DNA of 64,000 nucleotides from Spirochaetota bacterium (GCA_965208615.1 CBDBPB010000004.1:32001-96000); one strand, 5' to 3'. Numbered from the stretch's first letter, positions 10,603 to 22,638 are shown. A program made the numbers and translations. The notes: a model not told the origin generated them from the letters alone.

Positions 10603-11454
10603 ATGTTACAAAAGAATACATTAACTTATTATCAAATACTAAAAATAGATGAATTGGCCTCCAATGAAGAAATAAAAAAAGCATATAGACAACTAATGCT
10701 TCAATATCACCCCGATGTTGCTAAAACACCTCTGGCAAGTGAACAATTTGAAAAAGTAGTACAGGCCTATAAAGTATTAAGTAATTCTGAAGAAAGATCA
10801 AAATATGACAAAAATAAACATGCTAAATTTGTCAAAAATACTATCTCAACCCTAAAACCGCGTAATATAAATTATAAAAACTTTAGAACATCAATATCAA
10901 AGAAATTAAAACTAAAAAACCTCATCAACATATTAAAAATAAATAAAAGTCTAAAAGAAGATAAAAACTTCTTTGTAGTCCCAGAAGAAATATTAAACCT
11001 ACATCCAAAAGATCTAAAATTACGATTTTTAGAAAGCTCTAATAAATACGTTAGAGCAGAAGCATTAAAATCTCTAGTTATTAACTGCGGAACACGTTGC
11101 TATAAACTTATTGAAGCAGGATTTCATGACCAAAGTAAAGAGGTTAAAGAAGTAGCAGTTCATGCAATTGGAAAACTGAAAATTAGACAAGGTGTACTAC
11201 ACCTGGCTAACTTATATAAAACTAGTGGACCGCATATGCGAAAAACTATTATTAAATGCCTTGCTCTAATTAATACTAAAAAATCCAATGACCTTGTTGC
11301 ACACTCTTGCTTTGATAGAAACGAATCAGTACAACTTGAGGCATTAAAAATTATTAAAAATACCAAACTATATGAATATCTACCAAAAATTAAAAGTCTT
11401 ATCCATCACCAAAATAAGGATATACATTTATTGATAAAATCTATGTTAAAGTAA
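10603..11454 (+). CDS. J-domain protein with C-terminal HEAT-like repeats
   Basis: YYQILKI...YHPD J-domain; repeats of type DQSKEVKEVAVHAIG and DRNESVQLEAL. Confidence 0.85.
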   Translation: MLQKNTLTYYQILKIDELASNEEIKKAYRQLMLQYHPDVAKTPLASEQFEKVVQAYKVLSNSEERSKYDKNKHAKFVKNTISTLKPRNINYKNFRTSISKKLKLKNLINILKINKSLKEDKNFFVVPEEILNLHPKDLKLRFLESSNKYVRAEALKSLVINCGTRCYKLIEAGFHDQSKEVKEVAVHAIGKLKIRQGVLHLANLYKTSGPHMRKTIIKCLALINTKKSNDLVAHSCFDRNESVQLEALKIIKNTKLYEYLPKIKSLIHHQNKDIHLLIKSMLK

Positions 11455-11513
11455 GTCCTATTATAAAGCTATGTATAACCTGTTTAAGCCTTAACATCCT
11501 TAAAGCAATTTAT

Positions 11514-12146
11514 ATGATAAATAAAAATACTAAAACCTTAGCAAATATTATATATATTAAAGAAAATTATGACCTAATAAATAACCTATGTTATAATACC
11601 TTTATACAAAATAAATTAGCTGTAATACCAACAGATACTGTTTATGGAATATCAGGTAATTATTTTAATAGCAACGTTAGAAAGAAAATTATACAAATAA
11701 AAAATCGCCCTTCTAATAAAGGGTTTATAGTATTATTACCCAATATTGAAACCCTTTTAGAATTTACTAATCAACATATACCTTCTACAATAATAGATAT
11801 GTTACCTGCTCCCCTAACCCTTATTGTCAAAAATAACTTTAATAACCTATATAACGAAAAAACCATTGCAGTTAGAATCCCTAATGACCCATGGATAAAC
11901 AACTTATTAAATATTATAAAAATACCCCTAATATCTACAAGTGCTAACCTATTAGCTAAAGCAATCCCTAAAACAACAAAAGATATAATAAATAACTTCA
12001 GCGATAAAGTTGACTTAATAGTACTAAAAAAATCCAAGCCATTAACCTTGTCATCCACTATACTAGATATATCCCAAAAACCATATAGAATATTAAGACA
12101 AGGCTCCCTAAAAATAAATCTCGACCTAATAAACAATAAATCATAA
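11514..12146 (+). CDS. tsaC: L-threonylcarbamoyladenylate synthase (YrdC/Sua5 family)
   Basis: PTDTVYG, KNRPSNK, STSAN, SSTILD, ILRQG. Confidence 0.9.
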   Translation: MINKNTKTLANIIYIKENYDLINNLCYNTFIQNKLAVIPTDTVYGISGNYFNSNVRKKIIQIKNRPSNKGFIVLLPNIETLLEFTNQHIPSTIIDMLPAPLTLIVKNNFNNLYNEKTIAVRIPNDPWINNLLNIIKIPLISTSANLLAKAIPKTTKDIINNFSDKVDLIVLKKSKPLTLSSTILDISQKPYRILRQGSLKINLDLINNKS

Positions 12147-13268
12147 TAAAGACAATATTATTTTATCCAAAAGTAGAATACCACTAATACTAGCATAAAC
12201 CCTATCACCCTCTATACAAAGAAGATCCAAATCAACATATTTGAATAGCTTACTCTCAAAAGATGAGTAATGCTCATGCCCCCGCAACTCCTTAATAGAT
12301 AAACCCTCCTTAGTACGTAAGGATAACATAATCTTCTCAGTCCAAAGAGTATTATAATCGAGCTTCTCATATGAACTAATAGGTAGTCTATTCTCATTAG
12401 TCATAAGCAAATATTTTTTAAGGTCAGAAACGTTATTCCGTCGTAAAGAATTAACAGTTCCAACAGCAGATATACCTAATCCAAAATAGTCTTTCTGCCT
12501 CCAATAGTTTAAGTTGTGTATGCTTTCTTTACCCTGCCTTGCAAAATTGGAAACTTCATAATAATGTATACCACTAGCAGATAAAACCTCATGAGTTAAT
12601 AAATATTCTTTTCTAATAAGCTCTTCATCAGGTATATTATATGCCCTACTCTCAATAATCCTCGATAACCTCCTATTTATACTAAGACTATAACAAGAAA
12701 TATGATCAGGAGAAAGCCTAATAAGTTCAGCTAAATCATTAGCATAATCAGTATAATTCTGGTTAACTAATCCAAATATAATATCAAGGTTAATATTATC
12801 AAAGCCTATCCCCCGAGCTAAATAATACTTATCTAAAATATCCCTTTTATAAGTAATACGACCCAATATCTTTAATAGCTTATCATTAAAAGTCTGACAC
12901 CCTAAACTAAGCCTATTAACTCCATAAGCTTTATAACATAAAAGCTTTTTTCTATCAATAGATTCAGGATTAACCTCTATGGTAAACTCAAAACCCTGCC
13001 TAAAAGAAAATGAATAAAATAAATGATGTAATAACTTATCAATAGCGTATAAGGGAAGTATAGATGGAGTTCCACCACCTATATATAAAGAGTGGAAAAC
13101 ACTATTAGGATATTTCCTTTTATATAAATCAATCTCCTTTATAAGAGCATTAATATACTTATCAAAAATATCCTCATCTTTATAAAGATCAACCTTTATA
13201 GAGTGAAAGTCACAATAATAACACCTAAGCTTACAAAAGGGTATATGAATATATAATCCATAAATCAC
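12141..13268 (-). CDS. hemW: Radical SAM heme chaperone HemW (HemN-like)
   Basis: YIHIPFCKLRCYYCDF, GGGTPS, YEVSNF, HNLNYW. Confidence 0.9.
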   Translation of the reverse strand: MIYGLYIHIPFCKLRCYYCDFHSIKVDLYKDEDIFDKYINALIKEIDLYKRKYPNSVFHSLYIGGGTPSILPLYAIDKLLHHLFYSFSFRQGFEFTIEVNPESIDRKKLLCYKAYGVNRLSLGCQTFNDKLLKILGRITYKRDILDKYYLARGIGFDNINLDIIFGLVNQNYTDYANDLAELIRLSPDHISCYSLSINRRLSRIIESRAYNIPDEELIRKEYLLTHEVLSASGIHYYEVSNFARQGKESIHNLNYWRQKDYFGLGISAVGTVNSLRRNNVSDLKKYLLMTNENRLPISSYEKLDYNTLWTEKIMLSLRTKEGLSIKELRGHEHYSSFESKLFKYVDLDLLCIEGDRVYASISGILLLDKIILSLL

Positions 13269-13279
13269 ATTATATTGTC

Positions 13280-14314
13280 CTAATTAGGAGAAGTCCAAAG
13301 TCGCTCAATAGGCCAAAAAATTATAAGAGGTTTTCCTATTATATACCTTTCGTTAACAAAACCCCAAACACGACTATCATGACTACTATCCCTATTATCC
13401 CCCATCATAAAATAATAATCATCCTTAAAGTCATACGTTATAGTTTTATCTAGTTTTAGCTTAGCCATTTTATCAAGTAAAATATTACTGTAATACCTTG
13501 AAAAATTATAACTAGTAAGACTACCTAAATACTTAGCATTTACTTTAACCTTAACCATCTTATTCAATCCAGAATCAGTAATTAAACTAAACTCAGCTTT
13601 ATCCCCTTCTTTTGGAACGTATATAAATGGAATATTCTCACTAATTAAATCTTCAATTTGAACAATATGTTCAATATTAGCCATTTTAGAAGAATAAAGA
13701 AGTTCATCATTTTTTCCATAGACCTCGCCATTAGCTTTCTCAGTATAATAACGAGTATCAGAATCAGCATAAAATGAGTTACTGTTTGCCTGAGGATTAT
13801 TTATTGCTTCAATATCCTTCATAAGCTCCAAACTTATTTTCTTTGAAAGAGTTATCTGTTTTCCGTTTATTAGCAATGTCTGATCCTTAAAAGAAATAAC
13901 ATCACCTGGGAGTCCCACAGCTCTCTTTATATAATTCTTAGGATGATCATGCGTATTAGTAAGCTTAAATATACCAAAAGTAATAAGGTCTATAAGCTCA
14001 TATGCCCAACCCGGAGATCGGTAATTCGGAAAATGAAAAACTACTATATCCCCTCTATCTGGAGAAGTAAACTTAGGTAACTTCCAACCTAAAATAGGTA
14101 TTCTAACTCCATAAATAAACTTGTTTACCAAAAGCCTATCCCTTTCTATAATTGTTGGTATCATGCTACCAGTGGGGATCTCATAAGCTTCTATTATTAA
14201 TATTCTTATAATCAAGGCTATCACTACAGCAGAAAAAATAGTTTCAATATTCTCTCTTAACTTGCTTTTCTTTTTATTGGCTTTATTACTACTTATACGG
14301 TCTTTTCTAAACAT
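13280..14314 (-). CDS. lepB: Signal peptidase I
   Basis: IPTGSM (Ser), YIKR (Lys), GDNRDSSHDSR; ATG chosen for its GAGGG RBS. Confidence 0.93.
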   Translation of the reverse strand: MFRKDRISSNKANKKKSKLRENIETIFSAVVIALIIRILIIEAYEIPTGSMIPTIIERDRLLVNKFIYGVRIPILGWKLPKFTSPDRGDIVVFHFPNYRSPGWAYELIDLITFGIFKLTNTHDHPKNYIKRAVGLPGDVISFKDQTLLINGKQITLSKKISLELMKDIEAINNPQANSNSFYADSDTRYYTEKANGEVYGKNDELLYSSKMANIEHIVQIEDLISENIPFIYVPKEGDKAEFSLITDSGLNKMVKVKVNAKYLGSLTSYNFSRYYSNILLDKMAKLKLDKTITYDFKDDYYFMMGDNRDSSHDSRVWGFVNERYIIGKPLIIFWPIERLWTSPN

Positions 14315-14524
14315 ATTTCCCTCAACTAAAAACAACTCTTATAGATTAAAATAATTATATTGTGATTCACTATTCTTATGGAAAGTGTTATATAGTAGTT
14401 AACTACTTTAATTTTACTTAAAAAAAACTATTCTACAATATTACTAATATTATACATAGTCTTAATAAAAGATAATCATTTTTTCAAAAGAAATCCTTTT
14501 TTCGCCTTAACTAATCTTAAAACA

Positions 14525-14821
14525 TTAGCTATCAGCATCTTCTATATCAATAAATTGAATTATATTACTAACTTCAAGAGTATTACAATTACTTTTAATA
14601 TCATCCATAGAGCTTAATATAATTTCTTTAAACTTTTTAATATCCTTATCAAATAAAAATATAGAAAGCTCTATACGAGGAAAAAAACTTTTTATATTTC
14701 CATCATTAAGCTTAAAAGATTTAATCTCTTCAAGATAAACCTCTTCGAATCCATTATTTTTTAAGCTTTCTAGTATTTTAGAAAGTTTATAAGGCTTTAT
14801 TATAGTCATAATTTTCTTCAT
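14525..14821 (-). CDS. Degenerate P-II-like protein
   Basis: MKKIMTIIKPYKL N-terminus and FFPRIELSIF resemble GlnB/GlnK; T-loop and B-loop motifs missing. Confidence 0.6.
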   Translation of the reverse strand: MKKIMTIIKPYKLSKILESLKNNGFEEVYLEEIKSFKLNDGNIKSFFPRIELSIFLFDKDIKKFKEIILSSMDDIKSNCNTLEVSNIIQFIDIEDADS

Positions 14822-15108
14822 AAAAATATTATAATATAACCTATTGAAACAGTAAATAACTTTTTCTTAGTAAAAAGAAAAATATAGACCCGTTTATGTA
14901 AAATCATTAATTTTTGCTTTTAACCCAAAACTAAACAATATTTAACCTTATTTAATCTAACTAGCATAGCTTAACACACTTTACTGATTTATTAGACCAA
15001 TTTTTAACAGCGAAAATATAAGAAATGAAAAAAATATTTTTCGCTTTAAGCTATTCTAAATTTGTCGATATAACCAAGTATATTTTATTACTTTTGGAGG
15101 GAGGGTAA

Positions 15109-18100
15109 ATGGATTTTATGTCAATCCTTCACATGTTCTTGCCTTCTATTATGGCATTTATTATTATTCTATTTTTTAGAAAACATGATAAAGATAAATT
15201 TCATATATCAAAGATAAAAAGGTTTAGTGATTCTGTTCTTAATCAGCTGGCTAAGGTTGTACAGGATAAAGAAAAAGAGATACGCAACCATATTATTGGC
15301 CTAAATGATTTAATAAATGAATCAAGATCATTAAAAGAACACCTAAGAGATCAAACCACTAAGGCAGATAAAAAGTTAAGTGAACTTTGTGATAAAGATG
15401 GACTAATTGGACAAATAGATAAGCGAATAGTTGAGGTAAATCACTCATCTAATAAAATTGAACAAAGTCTAACTAGCCTACAAAATGAAAATAGCAATAT
15501 AAAACTAATTGCTAAACAAGTCAAACATATAAAATCTTTCCTAAATGAAATAGAAAATAAGCTCCCTCAAGTAGAAAAAGATGTTCTAACAAGTACAGAA
15601 AAAAAAGTTGAAAAATTAAAGGACGTATTTGAAGAAGACTTAGGCATTATTATAAAAAATAGTGAAAATAAAACTAAGCAGTTAAACCTTTATTATGAAG
15701 AAAAGTTAAACAATCTCTATTTAGACAATGAAAATAATATACAAAAAGCTAACAAAGAAATAGATAACGTAAAACAAAAAATCTATCTCTTAGAAGATGA
15801 CTTCATTGAAAAAGCTGATAATAGAATAAACCTTAGACTAGAAGAAAGTGAAAAACGTCTGGAACAATTTAAAGATAACCTAAATGAAATAGAGCAGAGT
15901 ATGTATAATATGCGGGATACTGTTACCAGTGAGTCTAATGAGCGTTATCAAGAATTCTTTTCTAAGTTAACCGATAAAACTATGGAATACAATAGCCAAA
16001 TTAAAATGTTAGACGAAAAAATGGGCTATATAGAAAGAGATTTTAAATTGACGACTGAACGATATATACAAGACGTTCACGGCCGTATTGACGGATTTTC
16101 AAACTTCTTGGATAAAATTGATAAAACTGCTCAGGATTTAGAGGATAAATTACTAAGTGAGCTGGATGAAAAAATATATTCTATAAGTGAAAATGCAAAT
16201 AGTAAAATTGAGGTTTTAAGGGATAACCTTAGGAGTGCAGAAACTCAAGTTGAAGAGTTTATGAAAGCATCATCAAATAACATAAGCGAAAATATGAAAG
16301 ACTTAACCATTGAAATAGAAAAAAAAGGCCATTCCTTAGATCAGAAAATTACTAATATAGAACTAACTGTTGCAAACATTGCTAGTAACCTGAAAAATAA
16401 GTTTAATAAAGATATTGAGTTCTTAACTAGAACCGTTGAAGATGAACGACAAAAAATACATAAAAACGCAAGTAATATAAATGTCTATTTAGACAACTTT
16501 ATGGAAAGTGAACGAGAACGTGTGTCAACAGAAATTAGTACTATTGGTTCTAAGCTGTCCGAAGAGCTTAAAGAACTAGAAAGAAATATTAGTTCACTTC
16601 ATAAAAATAAAAACGAAATAAAAAAAGAAATTGAAAAACATGCTAATACTATAAGAATAAACATGGAAAGCTTAACTAATAACCTTAAAGAAAAGGTCAC
16701 TTTAGATTTTGAAGATCTACACTACAAAATTGAGGATGAGACTAAAAACGTTAACCGAATATACGAAAATATGAAAAATAGTATAGAACATCTACATGGT
16801 GCTTCTAAGGATCGTATTCTGGCTGAATCTGAAAGTCTTAGCTCTCAAATAGAAGAAAAAAAGGACGAAATTAACCTATTCTTCGAACACAATAAATCTA
16901 TCATACAAGAAAAAAATAAAGAAATAGACTATATCACTAACAATATAAAAGACTTCTATAACTCCGAACTTGACCTGATCATTCAATCGATTAAGGCCAA
17001 TTATGAAAAAACTGAACAAGAATATATATTTAATAATACCAGAGTACTAAGAAATACTGAAAGCCAGGTTAAAGAAATTGGAAAAGAATTAAACACTATC
17101 CAAGAAAACTTTAAACTATTATCTGATAGATCACTTATAGAAGTAGAAAACCAGATTGGCGAATACAAAAAAGACTTTGTTGCTATGATGAATAACCTTG
17201 ATTCACATGTAAGAGAAAAAGAAGAAAGAATTATTCATAGAATAGACGACAAAACTAATGACCTAGGCTCTAAAGTTAATATAATCGAAGCTAAGGTAGT
17301 TGAGATAAAAGATCACGCTGTTAGAGATATGAATAAAAAGGCTGATGATATGCATATTTCTATTTCTAGATTAGAACAGAAATTTACTGAGCAGTTTGAT
17401 ATAAAGGTATCCGAATATAACAGCAGGATTAATGATATTTCTGGGCAAGTTAGCCAATTAAAGCTTTCATCGCATAAAGAATTTGAAACTACTGTTCACG
17501 GTTTTAGAAGTCGTATAGAAAAACTTGGACAAGAAATAGAAAATAAGATGGCTATTAAATTAGATAAGTCATCCTTTAATATTCAACTAAATTTTGAGAA
17601 AATAGAGTCTGAGGTAAATACCAGAGTTAAATCCTATATAGATAAAACTGAACTAAAGGTAAATAGTTTAGATGCAGAAATTAAACGAATCAAAGACTAT
17701 GACCTGGCAGTAGAAGAATTTAATCAGCGATTCGACAATGAACTACAAGGAATTAGTGAAGAGTTAATTAAACTAAAAGAAAAACTAAGTCAAGAAACTA
17801 AAGAGGAGTTTATCCACATAAACAAAGAACTCAAGCTAATCGATGAAAGAATAGAATCCTTTACACGAGATTCCAAAGTATTTAAAAAAGCTGATAAGTT
17901 TTATGATAAGCTTAAACATGAGATTCTGCTTGCTAATGACCAAGTTAAACGAATCAAAGAAGAAAAAAATTATTTTAATGATTTTGAAAAAAAGTTCAAA
18001 ACCATTATGAAAGAACGTAATACTCTTTCAACCGAGTTAACAAGAATTGAATCTAATAAAAATGAACTAAGCTATCTAAATAAACGAGTTGAGGAACTTT

Positions 18101-18856
18101 TACACGTTTCAGCTGAGGCCGAAAAAAGAGTCGCTAAACTAGATGATAATGCCTCACTATTAAATCAACTAGAAGATAGACTTTCTGAACTAAATAATAT
18201 GTATAAAAAAACTGAAGAGAGAATTGCAGAAATGGATAGTAAACATGATGCTTTTGATGAATCTGTCCAATTCTTAACAAAAGCTAAAAACTTTATCGAT
18301 AACTTAAGAAGTCAGCTAGAAACTAGCAAAAATGACTTTGAAAACTTCGATAATAAAAATAAGCAGATGAAAGAACAGCTAAAAGAGCTTGAAAAACGCT
18401 TCCGAAATACACATAATACAGAAAATAAAATTGAAAAGTTCATAGAAAAGTTCAGCCAAATGGACTCTCTTATAATGGATGTAGAAAAAAGAACTGATCA
18501 GTTGGAAATAGCAAAAAAAACGATTAGCCGAAACTGAGGAACGTTTTGAAGATATACAAGTGAATGCTGATAATAAAATATCAGAACTAGCTAACCTTGT
18601 ATCTATAAATAATGGAAATGGACAAAATCATACTTCAACAAATAATGATAGGCAAAGTAAGCCTAGTACCACCATTATGACTAACGTTGCTACTCTACAA
18701 AAAAGCATATTAGATAGCGATAATCGTCAGGAGTCTGTAATTAAGTTTTATGAAAAAGGATTCGATATCGATAGAATTAGTACACTCCTTAATCTTAGTA
18801 AGAGTGAGGTTAAACTGATTATTGACGTTGATAAGAGTAAAATCAAAAACGACTAA
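15109..18856 (+). CDS. Large membrane-anchored coiled-coil protein (SpiroCoCo-like), split by an extra A in the A-run at 18513-18520
   Basis: N-terminal TM, over 1000 aa of coiled coil; deleting one A joins 15109-18537 to 18560-18856 (AKKRLAETEERFEDIQV) and adds an HTH-like tail. Confidence 0.75.
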
Positions 18857-18891
18857 TAATATGATCTAACTTATAAACATTATTACCACTA

Positions 18892-18928
18892 AGACCGCAA
18901 ACCTTCTTATAGGTTTTGCGGTTTTTTT
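18892..18928 (+). terminator. Rho-independent terminator
   Basis: ACCGCAAACCT / AGGTTTTGCGGT stem followed by a T-run. Confidence 0.85.
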
Positions 18929-19145
18929 ATATATTGCAATTCCTCTAGTGTAATTGTTAAAATACTTTCTAACATTTTATAACAAGAACTTTTGCTAACA
19001 AATACTTTAAAATCTAAGGCTTTCCCTAATTATTATAGAACAATCCATAAATATTATCTCTAAACTAAAAAAAAATATTATTATTTATACTAAAGAATGT
19101 TAGCGAATTAGCTATTTGCTAACAATTAATGGATAAATTAATTAT

Positions 19146-20945
19146 ATGGACAAAGAAAAAATTAATAAGCAAACTGAACAACAATATGATAAAAAATTGC
19201 AAACCGACTTAGATGTCTATTTGCACTTTGTAAGCCTATATAAAAAAAAACGTCCTAAAAAGTTAATGCAGCAAATTGAACAAATTATTAACAAAGAAAA
19301 CTCAACTATTAAACGTATAAAAAAAATCGATGAACTAGATAAACAATATATAAATACAGAAAAAACTGAGAGTAAAAAAATAATCAAAGAAAAATATAGT
19401 GAAAATAATACTAAAACAAAAAGTTATAACATAACTTCCCCATCCAACTTGATAAAATCCAGCTTAATAAACTACCTTTTCTTTGAACGAACTAAACTAA
19501 TTAACTTCGCCAGAAAAACTAAAACCATTGACTTTAAACTACTAGGACTAAAAAAAGAGCTATCAGCTTATGCTATTGTATTCTGGAATAAACTTATATC
19601 TGACAGCATAGAAATACTATTACCGCAAATAAATTACGTTATTATAAACGGTTGGCAAACTCTAGAACCTATCGAGTACAACCTAATAAAAGCATTTAGA
19701 GAATTCCTCAATAAATTCTTAAAATCGGCAGGATCTTTGGATCGTAACAACTCTAACTTTGCTAACCTTAGTATAATTGACTCATTCATAGATAGCTATA
19801 TAAGGCTTATATCTAATACCTCATACCCCAATCTAATTGAAACATCATTTTATAAAATAATTAATAATAGTAAGAGCCATAATCAGAAATTAAAAAAGTC
19901 TACGAATATTATAAAAAAGTTTACAAATATACAAGCTAATGAACTATCCTTTTTAAATATCTCTATAAGTTGTTATGCAGTATGTTATAACAAATTAATA
20001 ACGCTAAATAATATATCTCATTCGTATAAAATAAAGCCCATTAACTCAGAATATCACGAATTCGACCATAAAACCCTTAATGACGTAAAAAAATATATGA
20101 ACAAAGTAAATGAAAAAATAACTGAAAGAGAAGATGCACTATTTTTTATAAACTTTATTGATGAAACCCTTGATTTTAACTCTGATAAAACAAATAAGTG
20201 GGTAAACCTATTTTATAAATTTATATCCCATAAAAATGCATTAACCCATAAGAATAATAAACAAAATGGCCTTGAACTAGAACATTTTCATAACGATATA
20301 TTAAAATATCTGTCCAAGCTAACGGATGGCTTTTTAAAAAACCATTTAATTATACTAGAAGAAAATATAAAAGTTATCACAAATGAACGGTATAAAAAAG
20401 TATCAATATTTGATAACTCACTATTTATAGCCGAATTAACAGTATTAAAAAATATAACCAAAGACTATCAGTTTATGCATGACAGCGGTAAACTTATGGC
20501 TATACCATTTGAAACATACAACATCTTTCAAATAGAAGGGCAACTAGAAGGTGAAAAAGAAAATAAATTATGTCAAATGATTTATAATGCCTTACTAGCC
20601 TATAAAAATATTAGTTTAACCCTCGAAAAGGTATTATTACAACATAATAAGGCCTTACAGGAGTCTAACACTGAATTGTTAGAGAAATATAAAGCACAAA
20701 ATAAACCCATAAGCATTATAAAAGATAACGAAATAAGATTTATCCCCCACTCATTCGATGTAATAACCCATTGTGCTCCTCTAGAAAAACAAAAAATTAT
20801 AGATATTATAAATCAAACTGTATTTTTTTGCCTAAGTCTATTATATTTACTTAAAGAAAAAGATATTATTCAAGCCATATCTACTAAAGAACAGCTCATA
20901 GCAGAAATAGAAGGATACCTCAAACTAAAAGCCAAAATTAGATAG
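19146..20945 (+). CDS. Hypothetical protein (599 aa)
   Basis: Long ORF; no motif recognised. Confidence 0.75.
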   Translation: MDKEKINKQTEQQYDKKLQTDLDVYLHFVSLYKKKRPKKLMQQIEQIINKENSTIKRIKKIDELDKQYINTEKTESKKIIKEKYSENNTKTKSYNITSPSNLIKSSLINYLFFERTKLINFARKTKTIDFKLLGLKKELSAYAIVFWNKLISDSIEILLPQINYVIINGWQTLEPIEYNLIKAFREFLNKFLKSAGSLDRNNSNFANLSIIDSFIDSYIRLISNTSYPNLIETSFYKIINNSKSHNQKLKKSTNIIKKFTNIQANELSFLNISISCYAVCYNKLITLNNISHSYKIKPINSEYHEFDHKTLNDVKKYMNKVNEKITEREDALFFINFIDETLDFNSDKTNKWVNLFYKFISHKNALTHKNNKQNGLELEHFHNDILKYLSKLTDGFLKNHLIILEENIKVITNERYKKVSIFDNSLFIAELTVLKNITKDYQFMHDSGKLMAIPFETYNIFQIEGQLEGEKENKLCQMIYNALLAYKNISLTLEKVLLQHNKALQESNTELLEKYKAQNKPISIIKDNEIRFIPHSFDVITHCAPLEKQKIIDIINQTVFFCLSLLYLLKEKDIIQAISTKEQLIAEIEGYLKLKAKIR

Positions 20946-20954
20946 ATAAAATTT

Positions 20955-21590
20955 ATGATCAATAAAAATATTAAACTAATACAAAAATATAAAGTCTTTG
21001 CTGTTATACGTGCTGAAAATACAAAGCAGGCTTTGGACTTATCATATGCACTACTAGAAGGGGGGATTAATATTATTGAAATATCACTATTAACTCCCAA
21101 GCCATATAATGTCATATCCAAACTAAAAAAAGATGATGTGTTTATTGGGGCTGGTACTGTTATGGATAGCAATATGGCAATACAAGCAATAGATGCAGGA
21201 AGTCAATTTATAATATCACCTTTTACGGATAGGGATATAATTAAAACTGCTATTAAACAAAATATAATAGTAGCCTCTGGATGTCTAACTCCAACTGAAA
21301 TTATATATGCAAATAAACTTGGTGCAAACTTTATTAAAATATTCCCCGCACACAGTCTTGGAGGTGTAAGCTATTTAAAATCCCTTATTGATATTTTCCC
21401 TCATATTCCCTTTATGCCAACAGGGGGAGTTAATCTAACTAACTTAAATGACTATTTTAGCGTTGGAGTAATGGCTGTGGGGATGTCTAGTGCATTATTA
21501 GATAAGGATACCCTTGCAAACTATGACTCCATAAAGAATAGGGCCAAACAATGTACATCTATAATAAACCAGCTAAGTAAAAATAATTAG
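20955..21590 (+). CDS. eda: KDPG/KHG aldolase
   Basis: AVIR, IGAGTV, TPTEI, KIFPA, MPTGGV. Confidence 0.93.
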   Translation: MINKNIKLIQKYKVFAVIRAENTKQALDLSYALLEGGINIIEISLLTPKPYNVISKLKKDDVFIGAGTVMDSNMAIQAIDAGSQFIISPFTDRDIIKTAIKQNIIVASGCLTPTEIIYANKLGANFIKIFPAHSLGGVSYLKSLIDIFPHIPFMPTGGVNLTNLNDYFSVGVMAVGMSSALLDKDTLANYDSIKNRAKQCTSIINQLSKNN

Positions 21591-21594
21591 AATT

Positions 21595-22638
21595 TTAATA
21601 TCCCAATTTAAACCACTTTTTAGGCATAAAATATTTTTCATAACACCTTATAGCAAAGCTATCCGTCATCATAGATATGTAGTCCACCACTCTAGACTCT
21701 AACGAAATAGTTTTATAATTTATAAAGTCAGTCTTTTTCATAATAATATCTGGATTAGTTAAAAAAAAGCTGTACAAATCAGTTATAACCTTTTTAGCCT
21801 TAATAGACTCCTCTAAAACTGCCTCATGGGTATATACCCTATTATAGAGATAATCTTTTAGTTTTTCGCTTTCACCAAGAATAATAGAACTCATAGTTAT
21901 ATATTCGCTATTCTTGCTAGCCTCAATAACGTTCTCTACCATGGTATTTATCCTCTTAGAATAGCTATCCCCCAATACCTTAACAACCGACTTGGGTATA
22001 TCTGAATTCTTAAGAATACCAGCTCTAACAGAGTCATCAATATCGTGGTTTAAATAAGATATTCTATCAGCAATTCTGACTATTTGTCCCTCTAGAGTTA
22101 TGGCCCTATCCTTATCCCTTTTTGCTAACATATCCCCCATACTTTTTGAGTGCTTTAAAATACCATCCCTAACCTCATAAGTAAGATTTAAACCCTTTCC
22201 TTTTTTTTCCAGTCGATCTACTATCCTAAGACTCTGAATATTATGACGAAATCCTTTTGAATAAATCTCATTAATTGCACTCTCTCCAACATGACCAAAA
22301 GGAGGATGTCCAAGATCGTGTCCAAGAGATATAGCCTCAGTAAGGTCTTCGTTTAAAGATAATCCCCTTGCAATTGTCCTAGCGATGCCTGAGACCTCAA
22401 GAGTATGAGTTAATCTTGTTCTATAAAGATCATTAAGTGAAATAAAAAAAACCTGTGTTTTATGTTTAAGCCTTCTAAAAGCCTCTGAGTGCAATATTCT
22501 ATCTCTATCACGCATAAAAGCAGTACGAATATTACTTTCCTTTTCATGGCGGACTCTACCTCTTGAATTTATGCTTAACTTTGCTCTAGAAGATAAATAA
22601 CTTTTCTCATTTTCCTCAATTACATGGCGTATAAACAT
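21595..22638 (-). CDS. dgt: dGTP triphosphohydrolase (HD family)
   Basis: RDRDRILHS, RRLKHKTQVF, RTRLTHTLEV, HDLGHPPFGH. Confidence 0.93.
   Translation of the reverse strand: MFIRHVIEENEKSYLSSRAKLSINSRGRVRHEKESNIRTAFMRDRDRILHSEAFRRLKHKTQVFFISLNDLYRTRLTHTLEVSGIARTIARGLSLNEDLTEAISLGHDLGHPPFGHVGESAINEIYSKGFRHNIQSLRIVDRLEKKGKGLNLTYEVRDGILKHSKSMGDMLAKRDKDRAITLEGQIVRIADRISYLNHDIDDSVRAGILKNSDIPKSVVKVLGDSYSKRINTMVENVIEASKNSEYITMSSIILGESEKLKDYLYNRVYTHEAVLEESIKAKKVITDLYSFFLTNPDIIMKKTDFINYKTISLESRVVDYISMMTDSFAIRCYEKYFMPKKWFKLGY

Noticed and set aside
15045-15071. Sigma-28 promoter (GTCGATAT) before the coiled-coil gene
   Set aside because: -10 box plausible, but -35 matches only 2 of 4 positions.
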